NCBI RefSeq assembly: GCF_036321535.1 | Contig: NC_087437.1 | Coordinates: forward strand, 56,360,001 to 56,424,000 | DNA: 64,000 nt | Reading direction: 5' to 3' | From: Camelus dromedarius | Taxonomy: Eukaryota | In this document: positions 11,922 through 23,045 of the stretch, piece by piece | How the letters are laid out: every line of letters starts with the position of its first letter | Position numbering within the stretch: position 1 is the first letter of the stretch | Translations under genes and position numbers: made by a program | The notes under the pieces: model-generated | The model's input: the letters and a program-made list of their open reading frames with translations, nothing else | The model's database searches: none | What the model was told of the DNA's origin: nothing

Positions 11922-14033
11922 CAGGTTATCATTCAATTTTGCAATGAATGTCTATGTGGATATATTTTTCTCTTTGCTTGAATTATTCCTTTAGTTAAAT
12001 TTTCAGGATTGAAAATTTGGCTTGAGGAATATAACGTATTAAAAAATCTTGACTTTCATTGCCAAACTGCTTCTTCAAAGAGTCTTACTTAACCTCAGCA
12101 TCATGGCAATGAAACAGGATACTAATAATGCCAAAATTTCACTAGCAAAATTAGTTTTAGCTTTTTTTCAATAATGACTATAAAAATGTTCATCATTGTC
12201 TGTATTTGCATTTCTTTGATTACTGGTACAGTTGAGTACAATTCCATAATTTACATTCCTTTATTTATTAATAGTTTGATCACATGTTTGCCTATTTGAT
12301 CACATATTTGCCTAATTTGGATGTTTATCTCATGATTTTTCAAATATTCTGCAGTATTATCTCTACATATATTTTTATTTTAGCCATGTTTTAGTTTTCA
12401 CTATAAAAAAAGTTGTGTGTGTATGCATAATAGTTGATTAAATCTTTCTGAGTTTTAAAATGTGATACTAGATTCTACTTCCTGCTGTATTTTCAATTGT
12501 ATGTTTTCTATGATTCTTTCTTTAAAGCAAGGTCAACTTGTACAAATTTTTTCAAGGTACCTCACAATCGACACGCTGGAGCTGTGGAATTTACACAACC
12601 TGCTGCCCTCCTGAGTGGTGACCAAAATGTCAGCCTATGCTATTACGTGGCCAGCTAAACATATTTGTGGAAGAAAACACATTTGTGGAAGAAAAGCACC
12701 AATAAATAAAGTGGCCTTCAGGGGCAATGAAAGTGTCTTGGTGTCAGCAGCAGCAATCAAAGCCATATCGGAAGCACCGTGGCCAAGAAAAAAAGGTGAG
12801 GTGTCCCAGCTTAGGGGGGAAATGCTGAGAAATGTTGTCCCATGAATTTTACAGGGACAATAAAATTAAAGTCTCTGACCACAGAGGGTCTTTACAAGGA
12901 TCCAGGATGAGTGATGATATTAAATCTTGAGACCTTGGCCAAATTCCAACTTGGGTAATTGCACTCGGTCAATTTAAAATTCCCTTCATAGTTTCTAATG
13001 CACTGCCCTCCAGGGCTTCCTGATGCCAGCTTCCTGTATGCCGTTGCTCTGCATTGATAAGTAACTGGTACCTTCTACCCTGGAGAAGACCTTGAAGCCA
13101 CCGGGGGAAGTCATTATACATGCAATTTGATCTATTACTTTTAGGAATTCCACTTTCAAACACGTAGACAGTTATATGGAAAAGTCTAGGGGTCAGTAAG
13201 TGTGGCATATTTGACTCGGGTATAATCCCATGACCCTACCGACCCCATATCAGTAGATGGGGACAGTAAAAAAGATCTTTAGACTTTTGATCTGACAGTC
13301 TGAATTCTAGTCTAACTGCTCTCTTATTACATGTGTGACCTTAGGCAACCCATTCCCTTACTTATCCTCTTTCAAAGGTTTCCTACGGTTGCAGACAACA
13401 GTGCCTTAACGTGGCCAGACCAGCTTCCTATCTTATCTCTACCTACTCCCAGGGGTAGAGATTATAGACAAGAAAACTGGGACATTTCTTTTCACCTTGC
13501 TGTGCACGTACATGCCACTATGCATCTGTCCTTGCTGCTTCTCTTGCCTAAGTGCCTCCTCCCTCCCTCTCTTCTTGACAAATCCTATCCATCTCTCAAG
13601 ATGAATCTCAAATACCATCTCCATAAAACCTTGCCTGATTTCCCAGCTGGAAGTCATCTTGCATTCCATAGTATGACCATGAGTGTGCAGAGTTGCCATA
13701 GCTTTCTGAAGAAATACTGGATTTTACATTTATTTACTAGTTGTTTAAAATCTCTGAACTGTTTTGATCTTTATTTTCATGTAGTAACCTTTCTAAATAG
13801 CAAAGCAGATCTCAAGTAAGAAAACAACATTATAGTTCATTTGAGGTTAATAAGCAGACTCAACCACAGTTGGAAAAAACTCTCAATTGTTCTTCTTTCC
13901 TGTGGACTTTATGTGATATTCAATCACTAGAAATGTGTAAACTTTACCAAATGTATTTTAAATTCAATTAGTTCTTAAGGGAAAAAGTGTGGAGTCGTTC
14001 TGTCAGATAAATGCAATTTAAATACATATTTTT

Positions 14034-14256
14034 CTTTTCTTTTTCTTTTTTCTTTTTTTAATTTTATTTTTTATTGAAGTGTAGTTGATTTACAATGTTA
14101 GTTTCAGGTGTACAGCAAAGCAACTCAGTTATCCATATACATATGCATATTTTTCCAGATTCTTTTCCCTTGTAGCTTATTATAAGAAATTAAATGTAGT
14201 TCCCTGTGCTATACAGTAGGTCCTTGTTGTTTATGTACTTGATATATAATAATGTG
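14034..14256 (-). mobile_element. Short cetartiodactyl-type L1 3' end with T-rich tail
   Basis: tttattgaagtgtagttgatttacaatgttagtttcaggtgtacagcaaag...gttccctgtgctatacagtagg; 15-bp TSD taaatacata(t/g)tttt at 14019-14033 and 14257-14271; TT/AAAA-type target on the minus strand. Confidence 0.9.
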
Positions 14257-15379
14257 TAAATACATAGTTTTTAAATGCAGTTTCTTTCAGAGTCAGGTTC
14301 AGTGGCCGTTTATGAACTTTTTTGCATTTATATTTAAACTGACGTATATTCTTAGAAACGCAACCCTGGAAGATAACTGAAGAATCGGCAAGTCCAGCTG
14401 TCTATGTCAAATTTCACTTTCTAGAATCCCTTCTGGAGCGAGGTGATCCATCTCTCTCACTGTCACAACCCACACATTGGCATGAAAACCGGGCACCTCT
14501 AACTAGTAAATACAAAACCATTCAAAAAATAATAAAAACAAAATAAAAAAGCCACAGGTGATTTACACGCTTAGTTGTAAGGGCGAATGATGACTGTTCT
14601 AGTACAATATTGCCAAGTCCATGATCATCTTAAAGGAAAGGAACTAGAAGCTCAGGAAGCAGAAGTGGCTGTGTGCAGATCACACAGAGGATGAGAAACC
14701 AAACCCAGAGCAAGCTCAGGTCACCTAGCATCAATCAAGTGCACCCTTTGCCTCTTTACTCTCTGACATCTTCGCTCTTCCTTATCTTTATCAGGATTTT
14801 CCTGTGTCTAAGCTAGCTCTCTGACCACGTTAAATGTTACAGGTTACAACTGTAGAAACACAACAAACCAGCATGTTAATTATTGATCATTTTCAAAATT
14901 AGATGCAGAAGTCTCACTGTCTCTTCTCGTTCTACTGCTCAGGATTCAGAGGCAGCCAGGTTTGCCCAGGCTCAGTGATGCCTCTAGTGGTATTGCTTCA
15001 CGGAGGTCACCTCTGACCCGAGGAAACGAACACGCTCCCCAAAGGGAAGCTGTCGCTTACCAACTAATTCGTTCTCTAGGCAGGTTATGACTCTAGAGCT
15101 CCTGAGTTCTCATGAATAGCACTTACGTGAATGAAAACTACAGGCGGACTATTTTACCCCAACAGAAATGAAGATATTGACACCATATTAAGTCAAACTC
15201 TGTTGCCGTGGTGATGTGATTTTCTTGGTTGTGTTTACTTTGTGAAAATCGATCATGCAGTAATCACGTGTGATTTCTGCAATTCAATGTCTTTATGTTA
15301 CACTTCCATAAAATGATTATTGTTAATAATAACAACAGTCCTAAGAAAACAGCAGTGCCTGAGCCTGACATTTAGAACA

Positions 15380-15610
15380 GGGCAGAGAGTGAGGGTAAAC
15401 CACAAGTTCTAGAGTCAAGCTTCACAACCCAGCTTTATGGCTCCTAGCTCTGTGATGTTCGGCAAGTCCTTACCTCCTGGGGACCTTTTCTCATCTCTTT
15501 TAAATAAGAAAAATAAATACCTACCTCATGGAGATGCTGTGATGATAACATAATATTTGTAAGAAGCACCAGGCTTAGAGAGCACCTGGCCCTCAGCAGG
15601 CATTAGTAAC
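15380..15610 (+). mobile_element. MIR SINE
   Basis: MIR core-like tagctctgtgatgttcggcaagtcctt...tacctacctcatggag. Confidence 0.6.
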
Positions 15611-17302
15611 TCTTTCATTTGTTCAAATATCTTTTATGTCAAGCACCATTTTGGTATATAAAAGCCAATAAGTCACAATTCTTGCTCTCTAATGAGTCAT
15701 CTCAATAGTATTTTCCCCATTTTTATGCCAGCAACCAGTTAAAGTCCATTCCACCACCCTTTTCTCCCACTACTGTCCACATGTTCTCCAGCTAGAGTCA
15801 GGGGAGTCTGACTGTCCCCCTTTCCCATCTCTCTGGGCCACGTGCAAACCCCTTCCTCTGGGCTCACACACAATACCGTGCTCTCTTTCCAAAGGCATTT
15901 ACCACATCACTTGCAGTTATTTTATTTCTGTATTGAAAAATTGTTGAATGAATGAATGCATATTTTTCCTGTGTCCTGTGGAGTCTTTCTTCTGCCTTCT
16001 TTGTCATCATACACCTTAATTTCACCTCTCCTTCCAGTCCCTGCTCTGACACCCCTTCTGTTTCTTTCCTTGATCCTCTCCACAGAGACAATTTTCTCTC
16101 CTCAATACTCCGAGAGTATGCCGTATGAACATTTTTGTGGACCTCAGTGTAGCATGGGAAACCGTGGCTTTCAGAATCTGTAAAACCTGGAGTTAGCTGT
16201 TGTGTTCAACCTTGACTCTCTGTGTGTTCTTAGGTGAGTAAGCGTCTGTGACTCCAATATTTCATCACTAAGAGTAGGGAAAACCATGTCTTCCTCTTAA
16301 GGCTATGGCAAAGTTTAGAAATAATGCATGTTCGAAGGGTATACCACATAGGACTTGTTCATTGAAGAGGAAATACTAGTTCAGCCTTGTATTGTATCAT
16401 CTATGTAAGCATTGTGTCTTTTTCTATAGAAAAAGAGCCACATCAACCCTATTTCAGCATTGCTCACAGTGCTCATAGAGAGCAAATGTTCAACACATGT
16501 TTGAATAAACGAATGAATAAAAGATAAAACAAATTTCCCAACGCTGGTGGCAGAGAAAGAATCCCATCCACAGTCTCTGAGTCCCAGATGACTAGTTGGA
16601 AATCCCTCTCTGGAGATGAATAATATAACAAGTGCCTGCCTGCTAGGGGATCATGCAGGCTTCCTGTTGCTGCACAGGAAAAAAAAAAAAAAAAAAAAAG
16701 GCTGAAAGGCACTGTTCTCTCAGATTGCTGTAGGAACAAGCAAATTTTAGCATGATTTTAACTGGCCCTGATTGATTGTTAGTCACCAGATGGTGACCAG
16801 TTTAGACTGAGTCTCCCCTAAAGCATATTGGGAGGGGTCTGGCTTATGGGATAATACAGGTGATGGTATCTGTGTGAACAGCCTGCCTCCTATTTGATTA
16901 GATTTTGGAGGCTGGAAGCTGGTAAATGTGTTGTTAACTACTTACAAGGCTAAGTTAGAGCCATAAAGGTAGGTTCCCCCTTTTGGCATGCGAAGTTCTT
17001 GTCTTTAAATTTCCTGCTGTAGTGAAGTGTCAACATTGCATAATCACCAGCCTCCAAGACTTTATTAAAATCCTGACCTTTGCTTCAAAGCTTCTGTTTG
17101 GAAGGAGAAAAGCAAGGAGAGAAAATTAGGTCTTTTCTAACCGTCTCCGGGAGCTTTAGGCCATAGGCCAGGAAGACTCAGGCTGTCTTTTGGAAAACAT
17201 GTCTTTGCCCGTCACCCTGCCACTCATCTAGATCTGCTCCCATGGAGGTGCTGGAGGAGCATTACGGTGCAGACAAGCATTCCAAGGGGGAGAAGCCAGT
17301 CC

Positions 17303-17992
17303 TGAAGGAGAAACAAAGGGGAGTGCGGGGCGCTGATTCTCTCACTGCGGCTATCCTCTGGGGGAACTAGTGACCTCTAAGAACTGCAGAGCTCTTAACA
17401 CATTAACAACTCGATCCAAACCCCTGCACCAAGGGACTGGACCAAACTCTAGCCCGGCTTCTATCTGTGTAAGGTTGTCTCCCTGTGATGACCCCCACCT
17501 CTCATTAAAATGCCTGCCTGAGCAAGCTCAAGGCTGCCAGGGAAATTTACTGTTTCTTCTGGCCAACATCTGATGATCTGACTTCCCTTTCTTAAAGCAC
17601 TTAGGGAAAAGGGCTTACACTTGTAAATATGTATCTATTACAAGTCAGAAGTGTCTTTCTTGAGGACCTGAGAGCCACTTCTTTGAAATGTTATCCTCTG
17701 GAAGGCTAGGGCCTCTGACTCCCAGTCTCTGTGGGAAGACAGAATCCTAACTTCAGTAACCGCCGACAAGCAGTTACAGTTGGCCCGATCTGATTTACAT
17801 TGACTGACCCCTTGTAGTTTTTCACTTCTCTGACTCTGCTGAACCCCTACCTTCTCCCCTCCTTCATTCTCCCTTTAAAATGCCCAAATCTCCTCTATAC
17901 AGATTGGAATGAGGCTCAGGTCTTTCCTGGACTGTCAGGAGTTACTGAATAAAATCTGTTTTCACTGCTTTAACTAATGTCTGTCTTTGACA
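17303..17992 (+). mobile_element. ERV1 solo LTR (MER39/MER34-like, MER4 group)
   Basis: tgcctgcctgagcaagctcaaggctgccagggaaatttactgttt motif; AATAAA at ~17948; ends tctttgaCA at 17992; 5' boundary uncertain, no TSD found. Confidence 0.65.
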
Positions 17993-18788
17993 CCTCCGTG
18001 TGGGAGAAGCCCCCATTGCTGGAGTTCACCTCCACTCCTGTGCAAAGAGAGTTCCGGACAGGATGCAGAGTTCCCTTTTCACTTTTCATCTCTCAGGGCG
18101 GCACTTAACATAGCCTGCTAGGTTGAGGATATGAATGAAGAAAGCCTCCCACTGCATAGCCAAATGTCCTCTTCGAAAGCACTCGGGTTTCAGTTGTTAG
18201 ATGTATGTGTCTGGGCACATGAGCATCCACCTCTGACAAGACAGGGCTGAGTTCTTAGGAATCTTCACCTTAACATGACTTGGCTCGATCTGCTTGTTTT
18301 CCTGGTGAACCAAACTGAGGGGACAGAGGCAGAAAGGAGGAAGAGGGAGAGATGACTTGGAAACATGGGGCACTGTCGGGGAGTGAGGAAATGCCTGATT
18401 GAGTCCTACAGGGGGCTGTGGACAGCTGAGAGCACCTCGTGGCTTGGGTGGGGATGGAAGCAAAAAGGGCAGAGAAGTATAAAAGGTGGGAACATACAAG
18501 GGAATGGAGGGTGATGTAATTATTTTTTCCCTTTCTCACATTCTTCCTTTTGGCTCAGTCCTGCTCTTCGCCTTCCTTCCAAAAATTTAAAGTAAAATGT
18601 CTCTGTACTGAACTTTCTTTACCTTGGTCCCAGCCAAGAAAAGCTATTTATTGTTATATTTCTTCTCTTCCAATTATTCTGGCCTGGCAAAAAGGGTAAA
18701 GCAATGGTGGGGGCAAGAAATTAGTTACTTAATATCTTTGGGTCTCAGTTTAACAATGAGAGATCCCTACTTCAACCAGATCCCTACT

Positions 18789-20390
18789 TCAACAAATGTT
18801 TATTAAATGAGTACAATTGCAAATACTGCCTATTTGCTAGGGAGACAACATATTACCCCCCTGGAGCTTACATTCTAGTGGAAGAAACAGTCAATAAACA
18901 AATCCATTGAAATGTGACATAATAGGGAATGAAAGGAGTGGGATTTGATATAGTTGTCAGGATAGGCTTCGATGAGAAGGCGACAGTTGAGCAGGGATGT
19001 AAATGAAGTTAGGGAGCAAGCCATGAGGAAGAGCATCCAGACACAGGGAACAGCAGGTGCAAAGGCCCCTGCCTGGGACCATGTTAGTGCTCTGGGGAAA
19101 CTGCAAGGAGCACACGGTGAGAGATTTGAGAAAGTAATCCAGTGTCAAGTCAGTGTCAAGTCAGTGTCAATTCAAGACCTTGCCTAGAAATATTTTTAAT
19201 CATGATGACTAATCACTAATTATCTGAGAGTGGAATATGTCATAAGATTACTAGTGGAAATAATAATTAATACTTACATAGGACTGCATATGTGCCAGTC
19301 TCTTTTCCAAGTGTTTTTCTTATATTCACTCATTTAATTTTACAACCCTATGGTGTAGATACTATCTTCAGTGTTATTTTATAGACGATGAAATTGAGAA
19401 CTGAACTACAAAGAAGTTAAGTAGCATGAATGTTATATTAATATGTTATAGAAGGTGAACTTGAACCCAAGTAGTCTAGCTCAGAGGTGCTTGACCTCAA
19501 CCACTAGCCTGCATTTATTCTGATTTCCGTTTATAAGAATCACTCTGAAGTGTGGGGAAAGACTTTGGGGGGACACGAATTTAAGCACAGGGGACCAGTG
19601 ACAGGGGAGAGGATAGTGACTTGGACTTTGCTGGTTGTGGTGAGGAAAGAAATAGTGGTCAGATTTGAGTTGTGTTTTGAATGTTAAGGAAACAGATATG
19701 CTGATGGATTGCTTATGAGCTCTGAGAGAAAGAGAAGCATCAACCATGAAAGCCAACTCTCTGGCCCTAGCAACTGGGTAAAAGGTAATACTTCTTACAA
19801 AGCTGAGAAAACTGAGGGAGGAGGTGGTTTGGTGAGGGGTAAACATAAAGTGTTTGTTTTGAAAGTGTGAAGTTTGAAATGTGTATGAAACATCTAAGAA
19901 GAACTAGGAAGGAAGCAATAAGGTAAACAGAGTCAGGGGTTCCTACTATAGATTTCAATTTGCAAGTTTTTATCATACAGATGTCTGAGATGAGATCCCC
20001 TAGGGAGGGAATGTAAGTACACCAAGGATTGAGCTCTGGGACATTCTAATTTGCAAAGATCAGAAGAGGTAAAGGATCTAATGAAAAAGTCTAGAAAGGA
20101 GCAGCAGGTGAAATCGATGGAAAACAAGGAGTCAAGTAAAAAGGAGTTTGAAGGAGGAACTGAACAACTATGTCTGATGCTGCTAAGTAGGTTCAAGTAA
20201 GATGAAGACCAAGAACTGGCCACTGCCTTGGGCAGAGTGAAGGTCACTAGATAACCTTGACTATGGAGGTTAGGGACAAAAGTCTGCTTGGACTGGGTTC
20301 AAGGGAAAAGCAAAACTCTGAGGCCCCCTTTACAACTATTGCAAAATGATTCAAGATAACCTGAAAAAAAAGGTAGAAGGTAGTAGCAGA
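18789..20390 (-). mobile_element. L2 LINE (~1.6 kb) interrupted by a MIR (~19260-19515)
   Basis: L2 3'-end reverse complement tcaacaaatgtttatt...ctggagcttacattctagtgg followed by a long L2-like body; embedded MIR-like cactcatttaattttacaaccctatg. Confidence 0.75.
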
Positions 20391-20984
20391 GGGAAGAAGA
20401 GAGTAATAATGCTTTTCCAAATATCTAATCAATTTTTGAGCATCTCTTGTGCACACAGAACTGGTAGGCACTGATACCAATGAGTTTGCAGCCTCATTCA
20501 CTCATTCATTTGGGCCAAAATTGTTCATTGAAGGCCTAGTTTGTTAGTTTCAAAATATTTTTTCTCTGTTGTTACAATAACATTTACCATTAAGCAAATT
20601 TAAAAAGGAAAAATACTCTGATAATTCTGACACATTAACATTTTCTACATTCCTTTCAACTACTGTCTATATGTTTCATACCTTTTACACAATCTTACGT
20701 TGTCAGCCTTTTCCTTTGTAGACATTTTTCATAATATGTTCGTCATGACAGTAAATGCTTTGTTGTGTGAATATACAGCATCAGTTATCTAATCATTTTC
20801 ATTCCCAGTCATTTATGTTATCTTCAAATTACGATATATAATACTGTGATTACTTGTCTATATGCCTGTCATTGTGCTTAAACTATGAGTAGCTCCTGAA
20901 AGTCCAAGATTACATTTGGTTCAATTCTGAATCACCAGCATGTGTCTGGCACAGAGTCAGGACTTCTAGGAAGCACATGGACAA

Positions 20985-21209
20985 TCTAGTGAAGTGGTTA
21001 AGAGCAAGAAGACTGCCCCAGTTCTCATTTTGCATTCTCATCTTGTAAGCTTGTGACCTTGGGCAAGACACAGCTTCCCTATGTCTTATCTATAAATTGG
21101 AGATAATAATAGTACCTTCTAGATTATTGTGAGAATTAAATTACCTAATACATGCAAAGTGCCTGCTACATTGTGAGCACGTTACATAAGTGCTTGGTAA
21201 ATGTATTAT
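20985..21209 (+). mobile_element. MIR SINE
   Basis: agtggttaagagc...tgtgaccttgggcaag...ataaattggagataataatagtacc. Confidence 0.75.
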
Positions 21210-22683
21210 GTAAGGAAAACAAAAATCGATGCCCTGAAATATATTTAATGAGTGAATAAGAAATCAAAGAACAGTTTTATTTCTGCTTCATGCAGTAAAC
21301 TTTTAAAATTTGGGGTTGTTTCTTTTTTGTTTTAGTAACCATGGTGTGTGTATGTACTGTGTGCCAACTATCTTGAGACAATAAATTTCTCAGGATTAAT
21401 TTCCGTAAGTGATATCAGTAAATGCAACAACATGAACATTGCTACAGCTTCAATTATATTGTTGTTTTAGCTTGGGGAGTTAAACCCTGTGACGGTAGGG
21501 ACAGTGTCTGAGTTTTGCACTGATGTCCATCTTTAGTCCTTAGTACTTAAGAGAGTGGTGCCTCCTAGCTCCACATGCTAATTCACCAGGACTTTCTTTT
21601 ATGTCTTTTTTTTTTTTTCCTTCTCTTTAATTGCTTTCTTTGGATCTCAATTTCTTGAATAAATAAATAAGATTCAACTCGAAGAGCAGAAGGAAAGTCA
21701 AGGAGGTGGTGGTGAGTAAAGCACGTGGAAGGAGACAAATGAACTTGGTAGACGGCCTTTGTCAGAGAGTCTCAGAAATGGGGACGATGAAGGGCTTTGA
21801 CAACCAGGAAGAAATCTTGCTGGATTACCAATAGAGAACAACAGAAGGTTCTTGAGCAAAGGAGTTGAAAGCCATTATAAAGCTTCTCACGATGACTAGG
21901 CAGACTGTCATCTAGAGTGGGAGAGGGTGTCTGAGGGTTCTTGTGGAGATCTGGAGAAACGGGAGTTTGTGAAAGGGACTGATTCTTTTGAGATTGTTTG
22001 CTTCTGTAACGATTATTTCATTCATTCACGCATTCAGTATACATGTACTGAGCACCTCCTTTGCGCCCGGCGCTGTACTAGGCACACTGGGTGTACCCCA
22101 GGGAAAATAACAGATTCCGTCTCGCTGTCATGAACAGTTGTCTGTTCCCATGACTGTCACTTGTAGCGGAGCAGGAGTTCCGGACCACCGAGACCGAGTC
22201 TGTTTCTTCCTGTCGCGCTCTGGGCTCGGCACAAGGTCGGGGCGCAAATCCTGCGGCCTGAATTGCTTCACGGCCTTGGTGCAGTGAGCTAAATACACAG
22301 AGCCGGGAAGAAAAGGCAAGGGTGGTAGCGATCTCAACTGTCAGCCCAGGATCCGGCAATGAGCGCAAGTGTGTACAGCCGGGGCGCATCTGCCCGGAGC
22401 GCCGGGCAGCGCGCCGAGCTGCCGGTCCCGCGCTCTCCCTCCCTGCGCGCCCCAGCCGGCCCAGGCGGAGGCCGGGCGCCGAAGGGCCTAGCGCGGCCTC
22501 GGGGCGGCGGGCGGCGGGCCCGGCGCGGCTCCTCCTCGCCGCGGGCGGGGCTGCTCTCGGTGCCGCCCCGCGGCCTCGGCTCTGGGAAGCTCTGAGAGCG
22601 GGCGGCTGGCGAGAGCCGAGGCGGCGGGAGGAGCCGGACCCGCGTGGCGGCGGCCAATCGCGCCGCGCCGGGGGAGGAGCCCC

Positions 22684-22856
22684 AAAGGGGGAAAAAAGAA
22701 AGTGCGGCGGAAAGTAAGAGGCTCACTGCGGGAAGACTGGCCGGATCGGGGTCCCCGGAGCTCCGCTTTGGCCAGGCGCACCGAAAGAAGCAGTGCTGGG
22801 CGATCCGGCACCCATCCCCACTGCCTTCGCTGCCCCCGCGCTGCTTCCCAAGAAAG
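22684..22856 (+). other. IL1RAP: Non-coding first exon (5' UTR) of IL1RAP
   Basis: aaagggggaaaaaagaaagtgcggcggaaagtaagaggctcact...ccgctttggccag...gcacccatccc...cttcccaagaaag closely matches my recollection of the human IL1RAP mRNA 5' end; no ATG; consensus donor AAG|GTGAGT; TSS approximate. Confidence 0.85.
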
Positions 22857-22899
22857 GTGAGTCTCTCACGGCGATGAGGGCTCGGGGGATCACCGATCT

Positions 22900-23045
22900 A
22901 CAGAATCTCAGGGTGGAAAGATTCTTACAGATCGTCTCCTTCAACCCTGTTTTCCAGAAGGGCAAACTGAGGCACAGAGAGAGGCAGCGGCTGGGATAGA
23001 TCAGCTAGTTTGTGCTGTGGCCAGGACTCGAACCCACTGTCCAGA
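22900..23045 (-). mobile_element. MIR SINE at the 3' edge of the CpG island
   Basis: tttccagaagggcaaactgaggcacagagagagg...ggccaggactcgaaccca is the MIR core reverse complement. Confidence 0.7.

Noticed and set aside
13331..13819. 162-aa ORF
   Set aside because: Runs through MIR/L2-derived sequence; no protein family similarity or exon structure
16782..16797. Palindrome gtcacca-ga-tggtgac, weakly CTCF-like
   Set aside because: 7-bp stem is near chance expectation and key CTCF positions mismatch
1..22000. Possible exons of the syntenic upstream gene TMEM207 on the minus strand
   Set aside because: I looked for its recalled coding sequence and found none; the region appears intergenic
22078..22999. 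Overlapping Arg/Gly/Pro/Ala-rich ORFs on both strands
   Set aside because: Expected from stop-codon scarcity in a CpG island; mostly non-ATG starts; no recognisable domain; exon 1 has no ATG
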